Assembly: GCA_030141605.1 (NCBI GenBank)
Contig: JAQGDQ010000663.1
Span: 52,810 to 116,809 of the forward strand
DNA from: Tubiluchus corallicola
Taxonomy: Eukaryota; Animalia; Priapulida
Direction of reading: 5' to 3'
Length of the DNA stretch: 64,000 bases
The position numbers were made by a program, and so were the translations under genes. Shown here one piece after another: positions 1 through 31,456 of the stretch (the stretch's first letter is position 1; every line of letters starts with the position of its first letter). The notes beneath the pieces are model-generated. The model was not told the origin of the DNA. It was given only the letters and a program-made list of their open reading frames with translations, and did not search any database.

Positions 1-927
1 ATGCCATAAATTACTGTTACTCATTATCTAGCTGCTACCGCAAAATGATTTACAATAAGAGCTATTATAATTAGCTCGAATTTAATTCTCTTTTACATTA
101 TTTACTTTTTCTGTGTTATTGTAAATTCTCCCATAACATCAAATAGCAGCTCTGCACACAACTTATCATTAAATGACACTAAAATTTCCACATCAGTAAA
201 GGGTCACAAATTCGGTGCCCGAAGGTTGCGCTAATCTGTATGCTATCTGTAAATTATGGAAACTGCTGCACAGAACTTACACTTACATTTTGCCCTATTT
301 TGCTGGTTCCGTTCAGCTGAGTAAGCATTTTGCAAGACAGTTTATTAAATTCTATGCTGTAGCATGAAAAAATAGTAGTAACTTGACAATTAACTTTTTA
401 GGGCCAAACATATGTTATGCGACGTAATCTCGATAATGGGTTTCAACTTGTATAAAATTGTTATGGAAAATAATGTTACTCTAGAAGATGCATTTAGATA
501 TTTTCATGTATTATCTCGTAAAATTGTAAAAGTAAGCAACTTAAATTCTACACAGCAAGCAATATCAAACTTAGCAAAAGACTGTGTAGAAACCCGGAAT
601 TTAATTTTCGTCAAAGTATCACTTGAGAGAAATGTTAGACTATGCGGTGTGTTTAACTGTTTTGTCTTCTTGCTTGTAAATAATATCCATGCTTGTTTTT
701 TTGTTGTTGTTGTTCAGTGTTTGATATTTATTTTTACTTCTACTACTAGTCTACTAATTTTTTTTTAATTGAACCACTTGTGTAACTTAACTGTACGAAA
801 TAAATGTGTTGCCAAATAGGTCATGATAAATTGACAAAATACTGTGTATTTATTAATCATGAGCAGGTATGCAAAAAGGTTAACAGTAACCATCGCTATG
901 TGTTATTATGAATTTTGTTTCTTTCAG

Positions 928-2366
928 AGCATGCAGACTAAAGAAAAAAGCTCACCATGAATCCAACAAGTTGAAGCTATTTGGTCTGGAACGAGAGCAT
1001 GGTACGAATTTATTGTTTAGCCCAGAAATAATCTCATCTCTCTTAGTTTATCTGTTACAAAATAATGAATATCAATCTCAGATAATTACTTAGATGAAAT
1101 TTGATTGAATTCTGTAAACTTTAGTAGCAGTTGCTGGCTTTCTAAGTTTTTTATTCTATTTAACTTGTATGTATTTGCCTGTTTTTTAATTGTAGCTTAG
1201 GTGTGTGTACGTTACAGTCACTTTTACTTTCTTTCAACTTTGGTTAATAGTCTTGACATTTAAATCTTATGTAATTGATGCACATCTGTTACTTTATCTT
1301 TGCTTGTAGAAGCTTTGATGAAGACACTGACATTGATAAAAAGAGAAATGCTGCAGAGGATTCAGTATCCAAGCACCAAGTATAGTGAGACATTATGTGA
1401 ATACTTGGATCAACTTGCCAAGGAAAGACTGCGTATGTATTTTCTCAGTTTCAGTGACGATGCTCAAAGTGTAGTTGCCAGCCGTAACTTCATTCCACTA
1501 CTGTATTTGCTATTGTGTAGTAATTAACATGTACTAACACTATGAATGGATATGATCGTGACGTCTTAAATATTATAAGAGGCATTCAGAGAATATCACT
1601 TTTAGAGGCGACTTTCTTCCTTATAACACACCTATGATGCAAATAAATGATGGTATCTTAATCACAGCCATGCTGGTTAATGGCTCTCAAAAACATCCCA
1701 AGTGTAGAAGGTAGCCCTTAGCTTTGCATAATATGATCTGTTTATTACAGGTTTCATGTTATTGGATACTGGATTTTTATTACACTCGTATCCGAATTTG
1801 CCAATTGTCCTTATTTAACGATACTAAGCTAATACAGTAGGCACCATGTACTAGATTCAGGGTAATGTAGAATCAATCTACTATTTGCCTCAAAAACGTC
1901 TAGTATGGGCAGTTCATGACATGCAAGCTACACACATACGTGTCTTTACACACTGGTTGATTGCACTGATGTAATGATGTAAACAAAGTGACGGTCAGTC
2001 AACTAGCGGTCAGCTCGTGAAACAACAGACTGTGTCCGTAGTATGCAGGACTTTTAACGGTCCAAATTTTGTCTGATTTTTCCAATATCCATAAAAGCGA
2101 GATCCGGCAAACCGTGATAGGAGAGTTCTTTGTATTTCGTTTAACTCATTGCAACTTTGTTGATCCTCGGTTTAAGTTAGCTGACCAAAGTTGAGTATTG
2201 GTGACTTACGATTGGTTATGAAGGAAAATTTTCACCTGTAAGTATGTTAATGCAAGTGACCTTTTGATTTTCAGAGGGTGTAATGGTTGGAGACTCTGCT
2301 GAATTCATTGTGGAAATACTACAGAATATTGTGAAAGGTCATCCGACAGGAGGCCTACAGCTATAA
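928..2366 (+). CDS. CREBRF: CREB3 regulatory factor (CREBRF/LRF, Drosophila REPTOR) bZIP protein, last three coding exons; 5' part lies outside the window
   Basis: GT-AG exons 928-1001, 1310-1432, 2275-2366 join in frame: (R)ACRLKKKAHHESNKLKLFGLEREH-EALMKTLTLIKREMLQRIQYP...LDQLAKERL-QGVMVGDSAEFIVEILQNIVKGHPTGGLQL*. Matches the recalled CREBRF C-terminus (RACRLKKKAQYEANKVKLWGL...EFVNQVLEKTAEGNPTGGL). Stop TAA at 2364-2366. Confidence 0.9.
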
Positions 2367-4659
2367 ACTGAGTGTGTCGCGTCGACTGAAATGCATTGTA
2401 CCTAAGCCAGAGTGGGTTCCTGGTTATTAATCTGCATTGCATTTCTTTATTGTTTGTGCTATGAAATTTTTCTGTTACTCATCATAAATTATTTAATTTG
2501 TAACATGTGCTTTTTAACAAAATTGCGCTCCATTTGATGTTGAAATGACATTGGCTTTTGTGATGGACAGAATGACATTTATGTCGCTGATGGTGCAATA
2601 GTTATTCATTGTTGATCGTAGAGAAATTCCTGTGAATGAGGTAATATGACCTCATAATATGAATGAGGTAATAAGGGAAAGCGTGACACAAGATTATACT
2701 CAATCTCATTTTAATTTACTGTCCAAAATGTACATTTTTGGCTGGAAAAGTTAGCAGTTGTTTTTAATATTTGAATAAATACCTTGGAAAGTTAATTAAT
2801 GGCAACTGAACACAGCTATCACTTACTTCACAAACTAACCACAATTTGGCACGAAAATGAGCTGTACGTCACACTGAGCTCACAGACGAATGTTGCAGTT
2901 CGTGATCATGCTTATCACGGTACCGCGTCTATTTGTCGGCCATGTGAATGTGACGAAAAGGGCGCCATTGCCAGTCCTAGTGGATTCGCTGAGCCACTTG
3001 TAGCTTTGAAAGTTCATCAAAATTTAACCATCCGAGGTAATTATTATGTAATCTAATCTTCGAGTTAAAAAAGCTGTCATTGTTTCACTATTTTAGAGCA
3101 TACTTTATTTTGACCTAATGTGTACATAATCGTCCAGTTTTCCTTCACTGGACTTGCTTTCCCATCATGAGGCCATTTTGTTACACAGTTGCAGGTAAAT
3201 TTATTTCAGTACTAGTACATATCTGCGTACATTATATATTTGATTGTGTTTTGCTTAGAATAGGATAAATTTAAGCTAACAGCTTGTAACATGCATTTTG
3301 TACATACGAATTTGGATTATTATTTGCATGCTGATCTGTACATATTGTGTGTAAAGTCCATTGTAAGAATTGTGTGCTGAAATTTAAAAATGTTTGTAAA
3401 TACGGAAAACTTGTAGTTACTGTGAATAACCGAATTTAACCACAACAAGAGACTTGTCGTCTGCCTACCGGTCTTATTTATGAGTATGGGTGATCGTATT
3501 TTATTCTTATAGTTTTGTTGTTTTCACGTACTTTCAAAATTTTGCTTTGTTGTTAATAATAATGCCATGTGTATTGTTCTTCAAGAAATGTTCTTGTATT
3601 CGTTAGGATGCTCAAGCTTTAGCAGTTTTAAAATTAATAACCGCAATAAATGATATCTGAATTAAATAATGTAAATATATATGGATGCAAGTGTAAATTA
3701 CAATTGTGAAGATTAGGTTGCTGCTGTCCAAAGTTGTGATAAAACGAGCATGTAGAATAGGTCTGTAAATAACATTAATATCTACTCCTCTAGATATTAA
3801 ATTAATAAATTCAATTAAAATTGAAAAAATTGTGTAAAATAATTGATTATCTTGTTAACATGTTTAATTCAAAATAATTATTACTGACTTTAATCTGTTG
3901 AATTAAATATAAACAGTTTGAAATATATTTTGAAAATGTACAGTTTAATAATAATAGGTTTACTATTTTGCTACCTGTTATCTACGAAATTTTATCGCAT
4001 TTTTGCTAATGTTTGTAATAACAACAGTAATAATAATTATCTTACTAACTGTGTGGTTATTAGGAATGTAATAAATATAATGAAAGCCTTTATTTAAAGT
4101 GCAGGAAAAGAGCTCATTTTTGCTTAGTTGTTGTCTGCCTTTCATATTGATACTGTGTTATTTTATTTTTACGAAGTATTGTGAGATTGTTATCGAACGT
4201 CATTATAATTATTATTAAATGTTGGAGAATTTATATTGTTTGTATTAAATAAATTTAATTTAACTGACTTTTTGCCTTTAGTCGTACATGCAGTGTACTG
4301 TTTGAAATTGTGCAATTATAGTAAAAGTACAGGCCTTGCAAATGACAGCAATCACAACGGCATGCTTAAATTCTATGTTATGGGTAAATATTATAAATTT
4401 TCGGTAATAAATACAGTACACGGCATTATTTTTTGTAACAATAATTTATACTTTTTAAAATTTTACAAAAAAATGCTTAATGCTTTTAATGCCGTTTCTC
4501 TTATTCAAATTATTTTTTTGTGGGTTTCCAAATTCACCTTTGCCAAGGTCATGTACTCTTTACATTCACCTTTAGGCTTGAAATTATAAGTATGCTTCAA
4601 ATTTTATTGAACTTCTTTTGCTCTATGCCTACTGGATGAAGTTTGAACTGCTTTCACCG

Positions 4660-5100
4660 CTGGTGGATACAGTGTTTAAAGCACGAATGGTTTAAGGCAT
4701 GCGTAATCTAAGCCAAAGGTCTGTGGTTCAAATCCAAGATGTGTTCCCACTTCAAATTTCTTGCCTTTCAAGATTGATGTCAAAGTTTAATTTTTGTTGG
4801 TTCATACCATCATCTTGGCTTAAGATTATAATAACTAACTACTCAAGGGATTTCTGGCTCAAAATTAATCAAAAGTAAAAAATCTAGTTATAGTTCTAAA
4901 ATCACTCTAGTGCGGGTGATTCTGATATTAGAAATGACCAATTTGGGTGGCCAACCATAAGCCTTTAAGAAATTGATGAATTTCGAACTGCGTTAATTGA
5001 CCACAAGCGGATACAGTGGCAAAGTGGTCTAGACGACTACAATGAAAACAGAAGGTCAGTAGTTCAAATCTAGGATGTGTCAAACTTTTTCACCTTTTGT
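4660..5100 (+). mobile_element. Two degenerate tRNA-derived SINE heads
   Basis: Two related segments (~4664-4750 and ~5008-5090) begin ggatacagtg and carry A-box-like (tggtttaag/tggtctag) and B-box-like (g/agttcaaatc) motifs; no intact cloverleaf. Confidence 0.45.
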
Positions 5101-5439
5101 GTCTTTTATGTTTTGTGACAAATTTAGTTAACTGTGGGTTTATACCGGGTTAGTACCTTAAACTAAAGAAAATAAAATAATTTTCACGTAAACCAGTCAA
5201 AATTAGAAAAACAGTGTTATTGCAAGAGATGGTAATCACTAATCAGTCTTGTAAAAAAAGTGCAAGTATATGGTGGCACTCTTCTAAGCACCGAAGATGA
5301 TATTAAAAGTAAAAAAGCAACAAGCAATGGATGCCTTAGTTCAATGCAAAGATGTATTAACTAGCAAGAAATTAAGTCTTAACGTAATACTTTGACATAA
5401 ATGTTAACATAAGGCTTTATTAATGCTTACGTTACCAGC

Positions 5440-5890
5440 ATAATTATTGTGAAACATGGGGTTTAACGATTACACTCAAGAAAAGCCGATTGAAACATTT
5501 CATGAGTCTTATAAGGAAGGTTTTAAAGCTAAGATGGATATACATAACCAATAACGGAAATTTATACACTAGAACGAAAGAAATTCCTTGAAGTTCAAAA
5601 GTCGATTCGCAGAGTAGGATGGCTAGGACACCTTCTAAGATTAACAAGTGAAGTGCCGATAAGAATCGCTTTAAAAGAAGCCTTAAAACCTTACAAAAAA
5701 AACCACCTGGCAAACCAAAAACAACATACTTGGATAGTTAAGATAAAAAGGTATTCAACAACTTCAACCAAGCCTATCTTTAGGGGCAGGGAACTTTTGC
5801 TGTTAGCTGCAGATGGTAATGGGTGGAGTACTCTAATAAAATGTTAATTCCTCAATGTCTAGAATAAATGGAATGAGACCTTGAAGAAGT
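5440..5890 (+). mobile_element. RTE-type non-LTR retrotransposon 3' fragment (decayed)
   Basis: Frameshifted translation ETWGLT..QEKPIETFH..IRKVLKLRW..NLYTRTKEIP; GAA-rich tail; similar copy at 6370-6810. Confidence 0.6.
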
Positions 5891-6088
5891 AAGTGCCATA
5901 ATTATTATGGAATCCACGATAGTGGCGAAAATTTCCTAAACGAAAGATGCACTTTACTAAGTATGATGTAATAAGGAAGCTCATTTAACAACTTGCCGTT
6001 CAGATTTCATCGCAGGCTGTCACTTTGTTCTGGCTGGGCCTGGGTCATTCAATGGAAATTTTAATCACGTCCACTGTAAACTCTGTAG

Positions 6089-7009
6089 TAGGTGTGAGGA
6101 TTCTCTATTAGAAAGCGAATTTGAATTGAATAGGATCTACGACTTTCGAATACGAATCCAACCGAATTTCAGTACTTCGTATTCGCATTGAGTTTGTAAG
6201 ATTTTTGAACAAATGTTCGAATCAGTAGTAAAAAGTGGTCTTGCAAAAATCATGCACATTAGTTGATTTTGTACTGCAGTAAAACCACTATTAGTTTATT
6301 TAAAAGTAGAATACTCCAACAAATGTTAAATATAGACATACCTCGCTAAAAGATGTTGTTTTTCCAGGAGTTGTTGAAACAGCGAAACTTGGGATTTAAC
6401 AATTACTCAAGAAAAGCAGATTGACACATTTCCTAGAACTGTTCTTAGGAAAGTTTTAAAGATAAGATGGCCATACATTATCAAAAGTGATGATTTATAC
6501 ACCAGAACACAAGAAATTTCTTCGAGTTCAAAAGTCAAGATTCGAAGATTAAGATGGCTGAATCAACTAAGATTACCAAAATTAATGAAGCACCAGCAAG
6601 AATTGCCTCAAAGGAAGCCTCAAAACCTTGCATAAAAACCGCTTGGCAAACCTAATAGCTAAGATAAATAAAGCTGTTCAACAACTTCAACCAAATCTAT
6701 CTTTAGAAGTTGAAGAACTTACGCTGTTAGCTGCAGGTGGAATACTCTGATAAATATTGATATCACAATGCCTACAATAGGTGGCATGAGACTTTGAAGC
6801 AGCAGAAGAAGTTTATTAAAAATTTTGCTAATTGCATGCTGTTTCAAACACTTTAATGATAAAGAATATATGTGGCTGTAATGCTGAATTATTCGAATCT
6901 ATAATTTTAGATTCGAATCGAATTCGAACTAAAAAATTAGTCCGAATCGAATTCGAATGGTCGAATTCAATTCGAATGTTCGAACTCGAAAGTTAGATAC
7001 TCAATCCTA
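6089..7009 (+). mobile_element. TTCGAA-rich hAT-like MITE split by an RTE LINE fragment (~6296-6825)
   Basis: Termini taggtgtgag...ctcaatccta. The two halves align, in reverse complement, with the uninterrupted copy at 53576-53932. Confidence 0.6.
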
Positions 7010-7364
7010 CTCTGTTGTCCATGTGAAAACAAACAGAACATAAGAAATAATTATACCATGTAGACAAGACTACACACAGAAGTTTTGTAGAAGAGTTAGC
7101 TTAATTAGCTATTATTTTATAATATTTATGTGGATTAAACCGGTAGTCTAGACCCAAATGATGCTGGAGGTTACTAGACAGTCTAAGGCTGAAGCGCGCT
7201 TACTTACTGATGTTAGACCATACATTGATTTCCAAGAAACAAACTCGCCCTTATTGAATTAGCTTCAGTCAAGCGATTACTTTTGCGGTAATGGCGATTT
7301 GCGGGTTACTGTTGTCAACGTTAAGTATTGACATGAAACTTGAAAGGCAGGAAACGTGAAAAAG

Positions 7365-7646
7365 TTGGAATACAGACACTTGAGATGGATTGGGCATATG
7401 CTTGGACTACCTGACGTTAGTACAGTAAAGGTAGCTCTACAACAATCAACAGAAACATCCAGAAAACCAGCAGGAAGACAGATGTTACCGTAAAAAGTTT
7501 TAGATTTTAGATATGTCTTGCCTCTTCAGTACTGATCCTTAGAGATAGCAGTACGTTGGCCATTGCAGGAATTAGGGGGGGGGGGGTCCTGGCATAAAGA
7601 GGTGAACAGAATCGTGGACGAGTGATTCAGTAGATGATGATGATGA
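7365..7646 (+). mobile_element. RTE-type LINE 3' fragment
   Basis: RHLRWIGHMLGLPD...KPAGR translation followed by a (GAT)n tail near 7633-7646. Confidence 0.5.
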
Positions 7647-8221
7647 CTAAAGTGGTGCCCAGAGATCCCGAGTGCTTGACTTGAATTCGATTTAAAATGT
7701 TCTCAGTAATGATAAGCGTGATAACATTTCATCGTGAAATGAAGATAGTTGAAAAGTCAGAACAAACCAGATGTAAAAAAAATTCAATGAATGTAAAGTT
7801 GCGAGATATTGTAAAAACTTGGAATGTTTACAAAGTACATGAAAGCGATCCCTAGGCACGCCACGGGGATCTAGACACAGACAGCTCTAAAGAGAACAAC
7901 TTTGTTTTTCAGTATGTGCACGACTGCTTTATGAATAGTTTTAATTTGCATTTTTGCCTGAATTAGTCAGATTAGACAAAAACCATTTACTACTTTAGAC
8001 TTTTGTGATTTCTTTCTTAAAAGATTCATGATGTTCACTTCTATATTTTAATAGACGATGCTACAAAGATATTCGTTTATTTAGTGCATAATCTTTGAAG
8101 ACCTTACAGCAAGTTCTATATAAAACATAAAGTTTAAGTGTTTTTTTGTAGCTTCAGACATCAGGTCTCTGTTTAAGGTATCATCTTGAACAAACAACAG
8201 AGCAACAATTTTGTCTTGACA

Positions 8222-25445
<17,224 letters not shown>

Positions 25446-25496
25446 TATTGGTTAATCAAGCAAGTGGGTTTATAACAGCTGATTCTAGGCTATAAC

Positions 25497-25812
25497 AACG
25501 TGTTCAGACTAGTGCGTTTCCTCTTGCTAATGTTAACTCGCCAAGTAACTCGCAAGCATGTTTAGACTGGAGAGCAAAACTTGCGAGTAACTCACAGACA
25601 TTAAGGGCGAGCGGACACTCACACCTCTATTCTCTGCAAGAAGTTACTGAGTAACTCACCCAGTTATTCACACTAGACAGTATATCAACTCACAGTAACT
25701 GCCCGAGAGTTTGCAACTTCTTGCCAACAGTAACTCGCAAAGCAGTTCCCTCATGCAAGTTTGCTGGCAGAGTGAAAACTCATTGCAGAAGACTTGCAGG
25801 TCTGAAGGCGCC
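25497..25812. mobile_element. Possible PIF/Harbinger-type MITE just after the transporter stop codon (3' UTR)
   Basis: Imperfect termini aacgtgttcagact...ggtctgaaggcgcc; internal AGTAACTCGCA sub-repeats. Confidence 0.4.
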
Positions 25813-26539
25813 ATTAGACTTTAATCTGATTTGTTCACTTTGCTAAGTTTGCTGTACTTGTGTCTAGGTATTTTATTATTGCTATACTGATAATGTGAAT
25901 TTAATTCTTAATGACACAGACAACTAATAAAAACATCCCAGAATTAAAAAATGAGGACGTTTTTGACGCTTCTAACTACCATTCTACTTTGTCCTCAGAT
26001 GAAAGGAAAGGGACAAAAATCACATGGAATTACCAATACAATGAATCCTCGCTTAACGACTGTCCACCCAGCAGTTATGTTACAGAAAAGAAAATGACGC
26101 TATCGTTTGAGTTTTGTTTTCGTTGAAAATTATTATGTTTCTTAGCAGAAACATTTGGTAATTTTTGGTAACTTTTTTCCGAGGTTTTAGTACTGTTTAG
26201 CCAGTTGACCTTTTTCTGAGAAATTTTGGTTAAAATAGTTCAAATAAATTGTAATTACCGTTTATTTAACTTTTTGTACCATTTGTAGCATGCTTTTTCG
26301 ACAACGTGGCATTTTTTCAGTGCTGACGACTGTGAAGCTTTAAGGTCTCCAGACATAATCAACCAAAATATCAAAGTGTAATTTGAACAAAGCCAAGTTT
26401 AATTTTATAATTTATGAAGCAGTAGCAATAAAATATTTACTAAATGAAACTTGTCAATTTTTTAATTGATAATCATTTCGTTGATTAACAGTGATGATCA
26501 TTTCACTTAGTGCGCGTAGTTCAGGACAGCTTCGTGCAC

Positions 26540-27790
26540 TGCTTTGCAGCATCTCTTACTTTTCTTGTGAAAACCGCACAAGATCAACTCGCACATCCAG
26601 CTCAATGTCGGTTGATTGGTCACTTGGTTGAGGGGATCTTGATAATGAGTAGTCTAACAGCATTTCTTTACCAGGAATGTACTGTATAGTAAAGTCTTAT
26701 GGCCAGACTCTCAATAACATCCACTATAGTTGCAGAGGTGCGGCTGATAAATTCTTCATGTGAATCATTTCAAGCGGCTTGTGATCAGTCTGAACTTTGA
26801 ACTGTTTCCCATATAAGTATGTGTAAAATCTTTCATGTCCAAAGTCAACAGCCATCATCTCATGCTCTATGTTTGCATATCTGAGACAGTCAATGATTTT
26901 GAAGCATATGCAACTGGCTTGTTATCCTGCAGGAGAACGGCTCCGAGTCCTTTCATCGAAGCATCTACTTGTAGGATGCTGTCTTTATTTGGGTCAAAGT
27001 AGTTTAATGTCACATCTCTGCAAATTATTTACTTCATTTGTTATGTGATGGAGACCATTGAAAAATAGTTTCGTTTTTGAGTAACTTTCGCAATGGCTGT
27101 GAGGCTGCAGACAGATTTGGAATAAACGGTGACAAATACGTTGCCACGCCTAGAAAAGTCTGAAATTCCTACTGGCGTTTTCATGGCTTGCATAGCTTTA
27201 ATCTTTGCTGGGTTTAGGTGGACTCCATTTGCATCGAACACTATTACAAAAAATGTGATGCTAGATTGGTTTATGCTGCATTTGTCGTAATTGAATACCA
27301 GTGCATGCTCTCTTGCTACTTCCATCAAGTTGAGTAAATTGGCATTGTGCTCAGCTTCGGTTTTGCTATGTATGGCAATGTCATCACTAATGCCTTCTGC
27401 TCCAGGGCATTTTTCTAAAATGAAATCCATTTACAGCTGAAACACATCTTGGCTGATGGATAATTTGAGAAGTAGCCTCAAAAATCGGTAACTGCCGAAA
27501 GGGCTATTGATTGTTGTCAAATACGATGATTCTTCATCTAGCACGATCAACCATGTCTGGCGTCCAGCTTTGAGAATATTGTACCGCTGTTGAACTGGTG
27601 AGTTTGTTCTTCCATGGATGGAATAGGATGTCGCGTCTGCTTTATTACTCAATTTAGATCTGTTGCAATCTTCCTTCAGATTTACGTGAGTATACAGTAC
27701 TAGACACTCAATCAGTCGGTTTAGTAACTTGTGTGACGACGCCCAGTTTTTATGATGAATCAGACATTTTCGTTGCGCATGAATGATGTT
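26540..27790 (-). mobile_element. Decayed Ty3/Gypsy pol fragment (RT + RNase H), Mag/SURL-like
   Basis: TINSPFGSYRFLRL..SQDVFQ, GISDDIAIH (RT); YFDPNKDSILQVDASMKGLGAVLLQDNKPVAYASKSL, YLYGKQFKVQTDHKPLE (RNase H); several stops and frameshifts. Confidence 0.88.
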
Positions 27791-28055
27791 ATGTACAGGA
27801 ACGCCTTCACCTTTTCATTCACGTTCCAAAGTCGTTTATTCTAAAGAGAATAATAAAGAGAATATTAACAAGTAAGGAAAATAAAGAGAATGATAAAACA
27901 GAAGCTTAATAAGTTTAGAAGACAACCTGTTGGTCACACTACATTCATAAATTTCACAGATCGAATTCGTAAACTTAATTAAATTGTTTAAACGCGTGTA
28001 ATTATTTTAACGCATGTAACTTGCATCCTTGGCTCTTCTTCAGAATGTAAAATAT

Positions 28056-28230
28056 TGTTACCCGTTGCCATCCTGACATTGTCTATAATACTTCACAAAT
28101 CCTAACTGTACGGCCGTGACTGCCACATAACAGACTGATATCTCGGACACACACCGAAATCCATCCCCGCAAGAACAGAAATCTTCTTTTCATTTACAAA
28201 AGCATATCTGTGGACAATGCCCACGCTACA
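28056..28230 (-). repeat. 3' LTR of the Gypsy element
   Basis: On the minus strand it starts TGTAGCGTGGGCATTG right after the PPT and ends GGGTAACA; its ends match 36143-36204 and 34220-34255. Confidence 0.8.
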
Positions 28231-31200
28231 CTACCCCCTCCTTTAACTTGGCCTGGTCCTCCAAGTCATAAAACAAGTCAATAGTTACTCAAAAGTCGTA
28301 TACGGAAGTAGGGGATACGATCTAGCACCAACCATTACAGAGCGCACGCATGAACAATACCAATATTGAACAATAGCCATAAAAATGAACATTAGCTACT
28401 AGCAATGAACAATATGGAAGATACAAATATTGGGACCAATGAACAAGTTACAATTAAACGAAAACATGTTACAAAAAATTTCCTTAACACATACTCAGCA
28501 TCATGATGACATTATCGCGAAACAAAAATCAACTAAATCAGCAAATGAATCGTTATCCATCTTCATCAGAGCAAATAGTCATGATAAAAGTTCAACACAA
28601 TAGAACAATATCACATTTTTCTAAAAATGGCCCCTAAGTTGAGTAGCTGTTTAACGAACTATCAAAATAACTACATGAGCTTGAAAGTACGGGTAAGAAA
28701 TTTCCATCAAATTTTAGTTTTCTAGAACATCTCAACTCACTTTAATTGATGAGGCCTGGAAACAAACAATGTTTAGCAAACTTTGCTAATAAAACAATAA
28801 AGTAAGCATCACTATTATCAGCACAAAAATTATCGTTTCAATAATTTTGCAAAATTTCCATGGCTCCATGTGCGAAAAGCCAACTAAAATTATTTCTGAA
28901 CAAGGCACATTGAAATCACAGTTTAATGCTAAATTTGGTGAAAGAAAATAACCAGATTGTGGTCTGAGGGGAGTGGTACGAGTTTTCTTGATTTTAAGCA
29001 AATCACAGCAATGCTGGAAGACCCGGGACTCAAAATTATGCCCTTGATCAGAGTGCAATTCATTTGGTAACCCAAAACGGCTAAACATTTCGTGCGTTAA
29101 TACCTCAGCAACTGTTATCGCTTCTTAATTAGGAAGCGCAAATGCCTCAGGTCACTTGGTGAAATAGTCCATCATAACTAGTATAAAACGATTGCCTCGA
29201 TCTGAAACCGGAAACGGGCCCGCTATGTCAACTGCAACTCGTTCCATTGGCACTCCAACAGCATAAATTTGCAAAAGCGCACAGCTCTTTCTTAGCACAA
29301 CATATTTTCTCAACTATGAACAAATTCTTCCACGTCCGATGTCATGCCAACCCAATAAAACCGTGAGTGAAGACGTGGTAAAGTCTTGGCTATGCCGAAA
29401 TGACCTGCCGTTGATTCACAATCCAAATCTTCCAAAAACTGACATCTAAGGGAGTTAGGTACTACCCATTGCCCATGAATCATATTCCCATCAGGAGATT
29501 CCCAACAACATTGTACAATCCCATCCCTTATTTTTAATATTTCCCACTGATTCCACAAAGTTTTTGTTTCTGGACTTAAAGCTGAGACCCTCTCATAAGA
29601 TGGTTTAAGTGAACCCTCTTCTAAAAAGTCTATTATTGGAGCAAGATGAGAATCACCTATTTGGGCTTTTCCTAATTGAGTAATTGTCATTGTTCTAAGA
29701 GTCTCCCAATTACAATATTCAGAACTATCTAAATTATCACGTTTCGAACAATGCCTACATTCAACAGAACAGTGGCGGCAACTTAATGCATCTGCATTAG
29801 AATGTACCCGACCCGGACGATGTTCAGTCTCAAACCTGTACTGACCCAACTTACCGATCCACCTTGCCAGCTGTCCTTCTGGATTCTTCAATGTCTTTAA
29901 TCAATGCAGTGCTGCATGATCAGATTGAACACGAAACTCAACTCCGTAGAGATAATGATGAAAATGTGAGATACTCTTTACAACAGCCAAGAGCTCCTTC
30001 CTTGTGGCACAATAATTACGCTCAGGACCAGTTAAGCTGCGACTGAAATATGCGATTACCTTCTGCCCTTCTTGAACCTGAGACAGTAAAATTGCAAAGT
30101 TGTTTGCATCCGTATCAAGAATACAGAGGTCTCCTGGGACTGGGTATGCTAAAATAGGAGCAGACACCAAGAGATCTTTAAGCTGGTTAAATGCTTCATT
30201 GCACTCTACACTCCAATCGAAAATAGCAGATTTCTTTGTTAAAGCATGTAATGGAGCAGCTATTTTAGCAAATCCAGGGACAAAACGACGATAATAGGTA
30301 CACAACCCCAGAAACCTCCGTAAGTCAGCAATGTCCTTCCTTAATGGGCCAATCTTTCACAGCTGTGACCTTTGAAGGGTCAGCTCGAACTCCTTCACTA
30401 CCTACAATATGCCCCAAGTACTGAACTTCCGTTTGACAAAGTAAAGATTTCGTGGCATTAAGCTTTAGTCCTGCATCTCTCAACCGATTAAGTACTAAAG
30501 ATAAATGATCTAACTGCTCTTCAAACGTACTTGCGAACACAATCACATCATCCAGGTAAATGAGCACTGCATGCCAATGTAACCCTGCTAGCACTCGTTC
30601 CATCAAACGTTCAAATGTGGCGGGGCAAAGGCCGAAAGGCATAGCATTGAACTGCCATAAGCCTTGTTCACATGAAAAAGCTGTCTTCTCCTTGTCCTCT
30701 GGTGCCATCCTGACTTGATGATATCCAGACTTCAAGTCCAAAGTACTAAACCATTTTGCAATCGATAAAGCATCGAGTGAATCGTATATCCGAGGTAAAG
30801 GGTACCAGCCCTTTATTGTCACTTTATTAAGAGCTAGTCTACGCAACATCTTGTCGTACCGTTCTTCTTCTTAACCAGAACCACAGCCGAAGACCATCTT
30901 CAAAAAGTTTACATAGATGTTGTGGTAGTGACTGTTGCTTACTTTCTGTACATGACCTAGAAGTATGTGTGGTTCTCCCCAGGACCTCAACCGCTTCCCA
31001 CTCACCAAGAGTGTCACCCTCTTGAACCGTACTTGGATAAGGTGAGATGTTGGCAACAACTACCAGAAATGTTTTCAAGCCAGCAGCCACTGCAGTTTTT
31101 CCCACAAGTATGCCGTTCCCGTGAGATGAAATACGACCCCTAGACACCATACCTAGACAATGTTCGGAAGGTTGACTCGAAATAGCAACTTCAGACCATG

Positions 31201-31456
31201 CCGGAATAGTCACAGTTCGACTAGCGCAAATCTCAACATAACCAGACTGACGAAGTTTAAGAGGTATAATCAGTTCACCCACTCTCATTTCTGGGATACG
31301 GGTGTCAACAACAGTCCCATTAGAGTTGAGCCAATCAAGACCCAGAACCATTGGATCAACCGTATCTGGAGCTGCAAAGGCTGTCATGGTTTGTACGAGA
31401 CCTGCCAAGTTTACCACAACATTTCCTGGACCACAGAGGACCGAAGACTTACCATT

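Noticed and set aside
4660-5100. tRNA genes (also at 59622 and ~62450)
   Set aside because: A/B boxes present but no consistent cloverleaf or acceptor stem; read as SINE heads.
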